Assembly: GCF_000412335.2 (NCBI RefSeq)
Contig: NZ_KE161030.1
Location: 4,692,128-4,724,127 of the forward strand
DNA length: 32,000 nt
Source: Cedecea davisae DSM 4568
Lineage (GTDB): Bacteria > Pseudomonadota > Gammaproteobacteria > Enterobacterales > Enterobacteriaceae
Direction of reading: 5' to 3'
Of this stretch, positions 1 to 8,316 are shown one piece after another. A program made the position numbers and the translations under genes. Positions within the stretch are counted from its first letter, which is position 1; each line of letters opens with the position of its first letter. Under the pieces are notes generated by a model. That model had not been told where the DNA came from, did no database searches, and was given only the letters and a program-made list of their open reading frames with translations.

Positions 1-1
1 C

Positions 2-643
2 CGTAAACAAGAGCCATTCGAGAACGTGACGCTGGATATCGAAGAGCAGCATCAGGGTTCTGTGATGCAGGCACTCGGTGAGCGTAAAGGCGACCTGAAA
101 AACATGAATCCGGACGGCAAAGGCCGCGTGCGTCTTGATTACGTTATCCCAAGCCGTGGTTTGATTGGCTTCCGTAACGAATTCATGACCATGACTTCCG
201 GTACCGGTCTGCTGTACTCCACCTTCAGCCACTATGACGATATCCGTCAGGGCGAAGTGGGCCAGCGTCAGAACGGCGTACTGATCTCTAACGGTCAGGG
301 TAAAGCGGTTGCGTTTGCTCTGTACGGTTTACAAGATCGCGGTAAGCTGTTCCTGGGCCACGGTGCTGAAGTTTATGAAGGCCAGATCATCGGTATTCAC
401 AGTCGTTCTAACGACCTGACTGTAAACTGCCTGACCGGTAAGAAACTGACCAACATGCGTGCTTCCGGTACTGACGAAGCGACCACCCTGGTTCCAGCTC
501 AGAAAATGACCCTGGAGCAGGCTCTGGAGTTCATCGATGACGACGAACTGGTAGAGGTTACTCCGCTGTCCGTGCGTATTCGTAAGCGCCATCTGACTGA
601 AAACGACCGCAAACGTGCGGGCCGTGGCAGCAAAGAAGCTTAA
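2..643 (+). CDS. typA: Ribosome-associated translational GTPase BipA/TypA, C-terminal part (5' end lies outside the window)
   Basis: The frame is open from the window edge. The translation (..EPFENVTLDIEEQHQGSVMQALGERKGDLKNMNPDGKGRVRLDYVIPSRGLIGFR..) is near-identical to the remembered E. coli BipA C-terminus. A rho-independent terminator follows. Confidence 0.93.
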   Translation, partial: RKQEPFENVTLDIEEQHQGSVMQALGERKGDLKNMNPDGKGRVRLDYVIPSRGLIGFRNEFMTMTSGTGLLYSTFSHYDDIRQGEVGQRQNGVLISNGQGKAVAFALYGLQDRGKLFLGHGAEVYEGQIIGIHSRSNDLTVNCLTGKKLTNMRASGTDEATTLVPAQKMTLEQALEFIDDDELVEVTPLSVRIRKRHLTENDRKRAGRGSKEA

Positions 644-665
644 GTTTCTTTTCTGACGTCAAGTG

Positions 666-697
666 AAGCCCTGCCTGAAAAGGCGGGGCTTTTTTTG
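666..697 (+). terminator. Rho-independent terminator of typA
   Basis: Stem aagccctgcc / ggcggggctt (one G-U pair), 6-nt loop tgaaaa, then a T6 run 23 nt after the typA stop. Confidence 0.85.
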
Positions 698-795
698 TTT
701 TATGTCTCGCAGAATGCTCATCCTCGCCTTCCTCTGATAGTCAAAGCCGCCCTTTCCCGCTACAGTTATTTCTCCATGTCGGAAAGGAGGTGCGC

Positions 796-1392
796 ATGCT
801 GTATATCTTTGATTTAGGTAACGTCATCGTTGATATCGACTTTAATCGAGTGCTTGGCGTCTGGAGTGATTACAGCCGGGTGCCGTTAGCCAACCTGCAA
901 AAGAGCTTTGCAATGGGAGAGACCTTCCATCAGCACGAGCGCGGGCAGATTACCGATGAAGTTTTTGCCGAAAGGCTGTGCCATGAAATGGATGTTGCGC
1001 TGAGCTACGAGCAGTTTGCCGCGGGCTGGCAGGCCATCTTCGTCGGGCTGCGTAAAGAGACGATTACCGTGATGCAGACGCTGCGCGAGCAGGGCCATCG
1101 CGTGGTGGTGCTCTCCAATACCAACCGCCTGCATACCGGCTTCTGGCCGGATGAGTACCCGGAAGTTGCCCAGTCGGCGGATAAGATCTATCTCTCCCAG
1201 GAGATGGGCATGCGTAAGCCTGATGCGGAAATTTATCTCAAGGTGCTGGAAGAAGAGGGCTTTGCGGCTGATAAGGCGGTATTTTTTGACGATAACGTCG
1301 ATAACATCAACGGCGCGCAGAAGCTTGGTATCACCTCTATTTTGGTGACCGATAAAAATACCATCCCCGACTGGTTCAGCAAAAAAGCATGA
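796..1392 (+). CDS. yihX: HAD-family alpha-D-glucose-1-phosphate phosphatase YihX
   Basis: [21 protein letters not shown].. matches the E. coli YihX N-terminus. GGAGG lies 6 nt upstream of ATG 796. The track start at 790 is an in-frame GTG. Confidence 0.9.
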   Translation: MLYIFDLGNVIVDIDFNRVLGVWSDYSRVPLANLQKSFAMGETFHQHERGQITDEVFAERLCHEMDVALSYEQFAAGWQAIFVGLRKETITVMQTLREQGHRVVVLSNTNRLHTGFWPDEYPEVAQSADKIYLSQEMGMRKPDAEIYLKVLEEEGFAADKAVFFDDNVDNINGAQKLGITSILVTDKNTIPDWFSKKA

Positions 1393-2261
1393 TAAAAAGG
1401 GTTCATCGCAAAACCACTCATCGCCTCCGGCCTCTGTTGGCCTGGGCAAAACTGCTCTGGCAGCGCATCGACCAGGACAATATGACTACGCTGGCGGGTA
1501 ACCTTGCCTACGTCTCGCTACTTTCTTTGGTCCCGCTGGTGGCGGTGGTTTTTGCGCTGTTTGCCGCATTTCCGATGTTTGCCGATATCAGCGTCCAGCT
1601 GCGCCACTTTATTTTTACTAACTTTATGCCGGCAACGGGCGACGTTATTCAGCGCTATATTGAACAGTTCGTTGCCAACTCCAACAAAATGACCGCCGTT
1701 GGCGCAATTGGGCTGATCGTCACCTCATTGCTGCTGATGTATGCCGTAGACAGCGCCCTGAATACCATCTGGCGTAGCAAGCGTGCTCGGCCAAAAGTTT
1801 ACTCGTTTGCCATTTACTGGATGATCCTTACGCTCGGGCCGCTGCTGGCCGGGGCCAGCCTGGCTATCAGCTCATATCTGCTCTCCCTGCGCTGGGCTTC
1901 CGAGCTGAATAGCGTCCTGGACGAGGTATTACGCGTCTTTCCGCTGCTGCTCTCCTGGCTCTCATTCTGGCTACTCTACAGCCTTGTGCCGACCACCAGC
2001 GTACCGGCAAAGGATGCCATGATAGGTTCGCTGGTCGCCGCGCTGCTGTTTGAACTGGGTAAAAAAGGCTTTGCCCTCTACATCACAATGTTTCCGTCAT
2101 ACCAGCTGATTTACGGCGTGCTGGCGGTGATCCCCATATTATTTGTCTGGGTCTACTGGACCTGGTGTATTGTGTTGCTGGGCGCGGAAATTACCGCCAC
2201 GCTGGGCGACTATCGCCACTTGCGGCAACAGGCAGAGCAGGAAGAACTGGAACAACCATGA
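1389..2261 (+). CDS. yihY: YihY/BrkB-family inner membrane protein (formerly annotated rbn)
   Basis: Polytopic hydrophobic protein collinear with E. coli YihY (..[39 protein letters not shown]..). ATGA overlap with the yihX stop. Confidence 0.9.
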   Translation: MIKRVHRKTTHRLRPLLAWAKLLWQRIDQDNMTTLAGNLAYVSLLSLVPLVAVVFALFAAFPMFADISVQLRHFIFTNFMPATGDVIQRYIEQFVANSNKMTAVGAIGLIVTSLLLMYAVDSALNTIWRSKRARPKVYSFAIYWMILTLGPLLAGASLAISSYLLSLRWASELNSVLDEVLRVFPLLLSWLSFWLLYSLVPTTSVPAKDAMIGSLVAALLFELGKKGFALYITMFPSYQLIYGVLAVIPILFVWVYWTWCIVLLGAEITATLGDYRHLRQQAEQEELEQP

Positions 2262-2695
2262 TTGCATTAATTCAGCGCGTAACCCGTGCCAGCGTCACCG
2301 TGGAGGGTGAGGTGACGGGCGAAATCGGCCCCGGACTTTTAGTCTTGTTGGGTGTCGAAAAAGAAGATAACGAGCAAAAAGCCAACCGCCTCTGCGAGCG
2401 GGTGCTGGGCTACAGAATTTTCAGCGACGAGCAGGGCAAAATGAACCTGAACGTTCAGCAGGCGGGAGGCAGCCTGCTGGTGGTTTCTCAATTCACCCTG
2501 GCGGCAGATACCGAGCGCGGTATGCGCCCGAGCTTCTCCGGAGGGGCGGCACCACAGCTGGCTGAGGCCCTTTATGAATACTTTGTTGAGCGCTGCAAAC
2601 AGCAGGGGATTGAAACCTCAACCGGGCGCTTTGCCGCCGATATGCAGGTTTCGCTAATTAATGATGGGCCGGTGACGTTCTGGCTGCAGGTGTAA
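2258..2695 (+). CDS. dtd: D-aminoacyl-tRNA deacylase
   Basis: [39 protein letters not shown].., 145 aa, matches Dtd. ATGA overlap with the yihY stop. The track start at 2165 is an out-of-context N-terminal extension inside yihY. Confidence 0.93.
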   Translation: MIALIQRVTRASVTVEGEVTGEIGPGLLVLLGVEKEDNEQKANRLCERVLGYRIFSDEQGKMNLNVQQAGGSLLVVSQFTLAADTERGMRPSFSGGAAPQLAEALYEYFVERCKQQGIETSTGRFAADMQVSLINDGPVTFWLQV

Positions 2696-2733
2696 ACCTT
2701 CGCCACCCGGCCCGCGCAACGAGAGAGCAATGT

Positions 2734-3675
2734 ATGTATCACCTCCGTGTGCCCCAAACAGAAGAAGAACTCGACCGTTATTACCAGTTCCGTTGGGAGA
2801 TGCTGCGTAAACCGCTGCATCAGCCAAAAGGCTCCGAGCGAGACGCATGGGATGCGATGGCGCATCATCAAATGGTGGTGGATGAAGAGGGCAATACCGT
2901 TGCGGTAGGCCGCCTCTATATTAACGCCGATAACGAAGCGGCTATCCGCTTTATGGCGGTGCATCCTTCGGTTCAGGATAAGGGGCTGGGCACGCTGGTG
3001 GCGATGACGCTGGAGTCCGTTGCACGTCAGGAGGGCGTTAAGCGCGTAACCTGTAGCGCCCGGGAAGACGCGGTCGCATTTTTCGCCAAGCTGGGCTTCG
3101 TCAATCAGGGCGAAATTACCACGCCGCAAACCACGCCGGTGCGCCACTTTCTGATGATTAAGCCGGTAGCGACGCTTGACGATATTTTGCATCGCGCGGA
3201 CTGGTGTGGCCAGCTTCAGCAGGCCTGGTATGAGCATATCCCGCTTAGCGAAAAAATGGGCGTGCGCATTCAGCAGTACACCGGGCAGAAATTTATTACC
3301 ACCATGCCGGAAACCGGCAACCAAAACCCGCACCATACGCTGTTTGCTGGCAGTTTGTTTTCGCTGGCCACTTTAACCGGCTGGGGGCTTATCTGGCTGA
3401 TGCTTCGTGAGCGCCATCTTGGCGGCACCATTATTCTGGCCGACGCACATATCCGTTATAGCAAACCGATCTCCGGAAAACCGGGGGCGAGTGCGAGCCT
3501 GGGATCGTTAAGCGGCGATCTCGACAGGCTGGCTCGTGGCCGCAGAGCTCGGGTCGTGCTGGAAGTCGAACTCTACGGCAATGACACCCTCGGCGCGGTA
3601 TTTGAGGGCGTTTACATGGTGCTGCCCGCCAAACCGTTCGGCCCTCTGGAAGAGGGCGGCAACGAAGAGGAATAA
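2734..3675 (+). CDS. fabY: GNAT acetyltransferase / hotdog-thioesterase fusion protein FabY (YiiD)
   Basis: [40 protein letters not shown].. through ..[13 protein letters not shown] is collinear with E. coli YiiD from its internal Met. No in-frame ATG lies further upstream. Confidence 0.88.
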   Translation: MYHLRVPQTEEELDRYYQFRWEMLRKPLHQPKGSERDAWDAMAHHQMVVDEEGNTVAVGRLYINADNEAAIRFMAVHPSVQDKGLGTLVAMTLESVARQEGVKRVTCSAREDAVAFFAKLGFVNQGEITTPQTTPVRHFLMIKPVATLDDILHRADWCGQLQQAWYEHIPLSEKMGVRIQQYTGQKFITTMPETGNQNPHHTLFAGSLFSLATLTGWGLIWLMLRERHLGGTIILADAHIRYSKPISGKPGASASLGSLSGDLDRLARGRRARVVLEVELYGNDTLGAVFEGVYMVLPAKPFGPLEEGGNEEE

Positions 3676-3679
3676 ACAT

Positions 3680-3702
3680 CCGGCGCGCAGTTTATGCGCC
3701 GG
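3680..3702. terminator. GC-rich hairpin shared by the convergent fabY and yicH 3' ends
   Basis: ccggcgc(g) / (t)gcgccgg stem with a 7-nt loop. It overlaps the yicH stop codon (3692-3694). A partial T tract is present only on the minus strand, and no clean U-run on the plus strand. Confidence 0.5.
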
Positions 3703-5374
3703 GGACTACTCCGTTATGCATCGTTTGCTGGATTTGTTTCCCACCGGCATCGGTGGCCTTCAGGCTCCCGTTAACGCTCGGCTTCAGGGCCGCGTCTGCC
3801 GCCAGATTTCCGCTTGCCGAGAGCTGTAAATTACCGTCACCCTCGAGCGGCAGCGCAGGCCAGCCCCATGCCTGAAGCACGTTAACCGGTACGCTCTGGC
3901 CCTTCAGGTTAACGCTCACCGCCCTCTGAGGCGTCTGGCTCACGTTTGCCGTTGCCTCGAGTAATCCTTTACCGGTAAAGGCGCTAATCTCGTTTATCGC
4001 AATTTGATTCTGGCTGGCATTCAGCGAAATGGACGGGCGGCGGACATCAACGCGATTAAACGTCGCGGCGGCGGCATTGAACGACGCATTGCCCGCCCAA
4101 ATTCCCCACTGATGCTCCCGCACCAGCTCAATATTGGTGGCCGTTCCGTCAAGCCCGGTTAGCTGGAACGGCCAGTTAGCATCGATATCAATAATCAGGT
4201 TGCGGTTAGCCGAGAATTTTTTCACCGTCACAGAACTCAGCCAGTCAGGCAGTTTCTCCATCCACAGCGCCTTCCAGTTTGCTGGAAGAGTATATTCGAG
4301 ACCGCTAATCACGGCTTCGTCCACCAGAGCCCGGTTGCCGTCACGCAGCCACTGGCCGGAAGCACGAACCAGGCCGCCTTCCCAGCGCGAGCTGAACTGG
4401 CGCAGCGTGGCGCCCTCTGGAGCAAAATCGACATTCACAATCGGATCCTGCAAATGCAGAGAGCCGTTAATAAATTCGCTGGCGTTCATCGATAGCTGGC
4501 CGTCATCGCTCTGCCAGCCACCGTTGGCCAGCGTGAGATTGCGCAAGCTGAGAGCCAGGTCGTTTACCGCCCACTCTTTTCCTTCCAGACGGGCATCGGT
4601 GATTTCCAGCCGATCTATTTTGAGAGAAGGAACCGACGTGACCGGCGCGAGAAAATCGGTGAGCGACGAGGCGGTTTGCAGTCGAATATCGTTGAGCCGA
4701 AGGCTGCCAACCTGCCAGGAGCCATCGGCGTTACGGTGTGCGCTCCCCGTCAGGGAGCCGCGAGCAACATCCGCCCCGATAGTCGTCAGCGTTACCCGAT
4801 CGTTGTCCAGCGCCCCCTGGAGCAATACATTGCTGGCGTTTATGCCGTTGAGCGTCAGCGAGCCAGCGCTAAAGGCGATATTGGCTTTATTTCCGAGAAC
4901 CTTGCCCGCTTCCGGTTGCCACGGAGAGACGCCGCCCTCTACGCGCTGTGCGCTGAGGCTCCATTCGCTGCCCGGGCTGTTAATAGCCATATCCTGAAGC
5001 TGGAGCTTGTCCGCATCCAGAGGCAGCGGAACGGCGCTGGCGCTGAGGTTTAGCGTGCCCTGTTGCAGAAAAATGGTGTCAACGTAGAAGGGTTGTGAGA
5101 ACTGGCGCGTGCTCAGCCCAATATCCACATTCTTTGCCACCAGCGTGGCGGGCTGGCCGGACCGGCCAAATGTGACGTTATGAAACACCAGATGAGTGGG
5201 AGAAGACCAGCTGTGCTCCATCTCATTAAACGAGAGGTGATACTGGCTCTTTTCATTCACCCAACTGCTGATTTGGCTCGCGCCCCAGCGGGTCTGCAAC
5301 AAAATATAAAAGGCGACCAGCGCCAGAATCACCAGGCCGAGCAGAGCAAGAATTAGCTTTCCGAGAAATTTCAT
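3692..5374 (-). CDS. yicH: AsmA-family envelope protein YicH (N-terminal membrane anchor)
   Basis: MKFLGKLILALLGLVILALVAFYILLQTRWGASQISSWV.. is collinear with E. coli YicH. The start is set at the conserved MKF (5374). An in-frame ATG at 5389 is the alternative. Confidence 0.88.
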   Translation of the reverse strand: MKFLGKLILALLGLVILALVAFYILLQTRWGASQISSWVNEKSQYHLSFNEMEHSWSSPTHLVFHNVTFGRSGQPATLVAKNVDIGLSTRQFSQPFYVDTIFLQQGTLNLSASAVPLPLDADKLQLQDMAINSPGSEWSLSAQRVEGGVSPWQPEAGKVLGNKANIAFSAGSLTLNGINASNVLLQGALDNDRVTLTTIGADVARGSLTGSAHRNADGSWQVGSLRLNDIRLQTASSLTDFLAPVTSVPSLKIDRLEITDARLEGKEWAVNDLALSLRNLTLANGGWQSDDGQLSMNASEFINGSLHLQDPIVNVDFAPEGATLRQFSSRWEGGLVRASGQWLRDGNRALVDEAVISGLEYTLPANWKALWMEKLPDWLSSVTVKKFSANRNLIIDIDANWPFQLTGLDGTATNIELVREHQWGIWAGNASFNAAAATFNRVDVRRPSISLNASQNQIAINEISAFTGKGLLEATANVSQTPQRAVSVNLKGQSVPVNVLQAWGWPALPLEGDGNLQLSASGNLAADAALKPSVNGSLKATDAGGKQIQQTMHNGVVPGA

Positions 5375-5459
5375 TGTCTTCCGTCCCATGAAGTTTCGGT
5401 AAGGGTGTTATGCCCCATTTACCGCTTTAGCTCAAGGAAGGGATTGTCAGAGGGGGTTT

Positions 5460-5486
5460 CGCGCCGGCAAAAAGATCGCCGGCGCG
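5460..5486 (-). terminator. Stem-loop downstream of xanP (possible terminator or mRNA 3' stabiliser)
   Basis: 9-bp GC stem cgcgccggc / gccggcgcg with a 9-nt loop, starting 9 nt after the xanP stop. No U-run follows on the minus strand, so the terminator call is weak. Confidence 0.4.
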
Positions 5487-5494
5487 TGAGGATA

Positions 5495-6886
5495 TTACTC
5501 TTTTTCAGGCGGGAAAATCAGGTTCAGAACGATGGCCGTAATACCGCCGGCGGCGATACCTGAAGAGAGCAGAGTTTTCATCCAGTCAGGCGCGAACTGC
5601 AAAATCAGCGGCTGCTGTGATACGCCAAGACCTACGGCGAGAGACAGGGCAATTATCATAATAGCGCGGCGGTTTAACGGCTCGCGGGAGACGATGCGCA
5701 CGCCGGAGGCGGCGATAGTCCCGAACATGACGATAGTTGCGCCGCCGAGCACCGGCTCAGGGATATGCTGCACGAAGCCGCTTACCGCCGGGAACAGGCC
5801 GAGCACAATCAGCATCAGCGCCACCACAAAGCCCACGTAGCGGCTGGCTACGCCGGTCAACTGAATCACGCCGTTGTTCTGGCCGAAGCAGGAGTTGGGG
5901 AAGGTGTTGAACACCGCCGAAACGCAGGAGTTCAGGCCATTTGCCAGCACGCCGCCCTTGAGGCGTTTCATATACAACGGGCCGGAAACCGGCTGCTCTG
6001 AAACGTCTGAGGTGGCGGTAATATCGCCGATGGTTTCCAGCGAAGTCACCATAAATACCAGCATCAGCGGGATAAGCAGGCTCCAGTCAATGCCCAGGCC
6101 GTAATACAGCGGCGTTGGAACCGTAATCAGGCTGGTATTGGTCGGTGCGGTGCTGGCAGGCAGCATGTCGAGTGCCCAGGCCAGCAGATAGCCGACGGCC
6201 ATCGCGATAACCAGCGAGGCTACGCGCAGGTAAGGGTTACGCTGGCGGTTAAGCAGAATGATGACCAACAGCACGGCTCCGGCCAGCAGCAGGTTTTTAG
6301 GCGCGCCAAAAGAGTGATCGGCCATCGCACCATAGCCACCGCCGATGGAGGTCAGCCCGACCTGAATCAGCGACAGGCCGATAATCATGACCACCACGCC
6401 GGAAACCAGCGGGGTAATGATGCGGCGGGCGAGATGCAATACGCGGGAAATAACCATTTCCGTGCAGCTGGCGAGCATCAAAGTACCGAACAGCGCGGCC
6501 ATCATTGTCGGCACGTCGGCACCGCCGTTTTTCAGCGCCATACCGCCCATAATCAGCGGTGAAACAAAGTTAAAGCTGGTTCCCTGAATCGACAGCAGGC
6601 CAGAGCCAACCGGCCCCCAGGCTTTGATTTGAATAATTGAGGCTACGCCGGAGGCGAACAGCGACATACTGATGATGTGCTGAGTGTCTGATGCCGGTAA
6701 TCCTAATGCCTGGCAAATCAGCAGCGCCGGAGTGATAACCGCGACAAACATGGCCAGCAGGTGCTGACAGGCGGCGAAAAGCGTTTGCGGAAGCGGCGGG
6801 CGGTCTTCAAGGCGATAGATCAGTTCGCTCGGATGAGTCTGCGCAACCGGTTGCGCATTTTCTGACTCGACGGCATTTACGGACAT
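5495..6886 (-). CDS. xanP: Xanthine:H+ symporter (NCS2/NAT family)
   Basis: 463 aa. [56 protein letters not shown].. is near-identical to E. coli XanP (YicE). Confidence 0.93.
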   Translation of the reverse strand: MSVNAVESENAQPVAQTHPSELIYRLEDRPPLPQTLFAACQHLLAMFVAVITPALLICQALGLPASDTQHIISMSLFASGVASIIQIKAWGPVGSGLLSIQGTSFNFVSPLIMGGMALKNGGADVPTMMAALFGTLMLASCTEMVISRVLHLARRIITPLVSGVVVMIIGLSLIQVGLTSIGGGYGAMADHSFGAPKNLLLAGAVLLVIILLNRQRNPYLRVASLVIAMAVGYLLAWALDMLPASTAPTNTSLITVPTPLYYGLGIDWSLLIPLMLVFMVTSLETIGDITATSDVSEQPVSGPLYMKRLKGGVLANGLNSCVSAVFNTFPNSCFGQNNGVIQLTGVASRYVGFVVALMLIVLGLFPAVSGFVQHIPEPVLGGATIVMFGTIAASGVRIVSREPLNRRAIMIIALSLAVGLGVSQQPLILQFAPDWMKTLLSSGIAAGGITAIVLNLIFPPEKE

Positions 6887-6917
6887 CAGAGGTTATCTCG
6901 TGGCTGGAAAAGCGCTG

Positions 6918-6945
6918 ATTTTAACGGACTGGGCGGCAAAAGCAA
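6918..6945 (-). promoter_or_regulatory. Candidate sigma70 promoter of xanP
   Basis: The minus strand reads TTGCTT-N16-TAAAAT (-35 at 6945-6940, -10 at 6923-6918), about 32 nt upstream of the xanP ATG. Pattern match only. Confidence 0.4.
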
Positions 6946-6955
6946 ACGATTGCCA
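6940..6955. promoter_or_regulatory. PurR-box-like operator overlapping the xanP -35
   Basis: AAGCAAACGATTGCCA matches 10 of the 11 specified positions of the remembered PurR consensus ANGCAANCGNTTNCNT, with a palindromic core GCAAACG/ATTGC. Confidence 0.5.
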
Positions 6956-7113
6956 GTAAAAGTCAATAAGAGTGAAATTTCATAACTCTGCCGTTAGTTA
7001 TAACTTTCACCCTGTTTTTGGTTAAAATATGGCAGCTGATTTCCCAAAGAGGGGAAATAACAGCAAAGGATAATCAAGCGCGCTGTCAGGCATGCGCAAA
7101 AAGGAGCACTGCA

Positions 7114-8316
7114 ATGTTTCATCTTGATACGCTTTCTACTCTGGTCGCCGCCACGCTTGTTTTACTGCTGGGGCGAAAAATGGTCCATTCGGTCCCCTTT
7201 CTAAAGAAGTACACCATTCCTGAGCCGGTCGCCGGTGGCTTGCTGATAGCCGTTGCGCTGCTGGTGCTGAAAAAAAGCATGGGCTGGGAAATTGAGTTTG
7301 ATATGAGCCTCAGAGACCCCCTGATGCTCGCATTCTTCGCCACTATCGGGCTTAACGCTAATATCGCCAGTTTGCGCAAGGGCGGAAGAGTGGTGGGAAT
7401 TTTCCTGTTTGTCGTCGTCGGGCTGCTGGTGATGCAAAACGCCATCGGTATCGGTATGGCAAGCATGTTGGGATTAGATCCGTTGATGGGACTGCTTGCC
7501 GGTTCGATTACGCTTTCCGGCGGCCACGGTACGGGGGCGGCATGGAGCAAGCTGTTCACCGAGCGCTATGGCTTCCAGAATGCGACGGAAGTGGCCATGG
7601 CCTGTGCAACCTTTGGTCTGGTTCTGGGCGGTTTAATCGGCGGCCCGGTTGCCCGCTATTTGGTTAAGCACTCCTCAACGCCAAACGGCGCGCCGGAAGA
7701 CAATGAGATCCCGGGGGCTTTTGAAAAGCCTGACGTTGGCCGCGTGATAACTTCCCTGGTGCTGATAGAAACCATCGCCCTGATAGCCATATGCCTGACG
7801 GCAGGGCGTGTCGTGGCCGGGCTTTTGCAAGGTACGGCGTTTGAGCTGCCGACGTTTGTCTGCGTGCTGTTTGTCGGCGTGATCCTCAGCAATGCGCTGG
7901 CAATTATGGGCTTTTATCGTGTATTCGAACGTGCGGTTTCGGTACTCGGCAACGTCAGCCTGTCGCTGTTCCTGGCGATGGCGTTGATGAGCCTCAAGCT
8001 CTGGGAGCTGGCTTCCCTCGCGCTGCCGATGCTGGCCATTCTGGCGGTACAAACGCTGTTTATGGCGCTGTATGCCATCTTTGTCACCTGGCGTTTGATG
8101 GGCAAAAACTACGATGCGGCGGTGCTGGCTGCGGGGCATTGCGGATTTGGTATGGGCGCAACGCCAACGGCGATTGCTAACATGCAGGCTATTACCGAGC
8201 GTTTTGGCCCTTCACATATGGCGTTTCTGGTGGTGCCGATGGTCGGGGCGTTCTTTATCGATATTGTAAACGCGGTCGTTATCAAGCTGTTCCTGATGCT
8301 GCCGCTGTTTGGCTAA
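7114..8316 (+). CDS. gltS: Sodium/glutamate symporter
   Basis: MFHLDTLSTLVAATLVLLLGRKMVHSVPFLKKYTIPEPVAGGL.. matches the E. coli GltS N-terminus. AAGGAG lies 7 nt upstream of ATG 7114. The track start at 7018 adds 32 non-conserved residues. Confidence 0.92.
   Translation: MFHLDTLSTLVAATLVLLLGRKMVHSVPFLKKYTIPEPVAGGLLIAVALLVLKKSMGWEIEFDMSLRDPLMLAFFATIGLNANIASLRKGGRVVGIFLFVVVGLLVMQNAIGIGMASMLGLDPLMGLLAGSITLSGGHGTGAAWSKLFTERYGFQNATEVAMACATFGLVLGGLIGGPVARYLVKHSSTPNGAPEDNEIPGAFEKPDVGRVITSLVLIETIALIAICLTAGRVVAGLLQGTAFELPTFVCVLFVGVILSNALAIMGFYRVFERAVSVLGNVSLSLFLAMALMSLKLWELASLALPMLAILAVQTLFMALYAIFVTWRLMGKNYDAAVLAAGHCGFGMGATPTAIANMQAITERFGPSHMAFLVVPMVGAFFIDIVNAVVIKLFLMLPLFG

Noticed and set aside
2696-2733. 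A possible upstream N-terminal extension of fabY like the longer E. coli YiiD annotation.
   Set aside because: No in-frame ATG, GTG or TTG with an SD occurs between the dtd stop and 2734. The similar-looking residues (..QRESN..) are in a different frame. The conserved Met at MYHL is the supported start.
4134-4997. A 287-aa plus-strand ORF antisense to yicH. Similar long antisense ORFs occur at 886-1449, 2572-3336, 7675-8139, 15012-15467, 18626-19039, 19280-19801 and 21382-22125.
   Set aside because: All lie fully inside well-supported conserved genes on the other strand. Their products are Arg/Ser/Pro/Ala-rich and low in complexity, and they lack SD sequences. These are typical shadow ORFs of GC-rich coding DNA.
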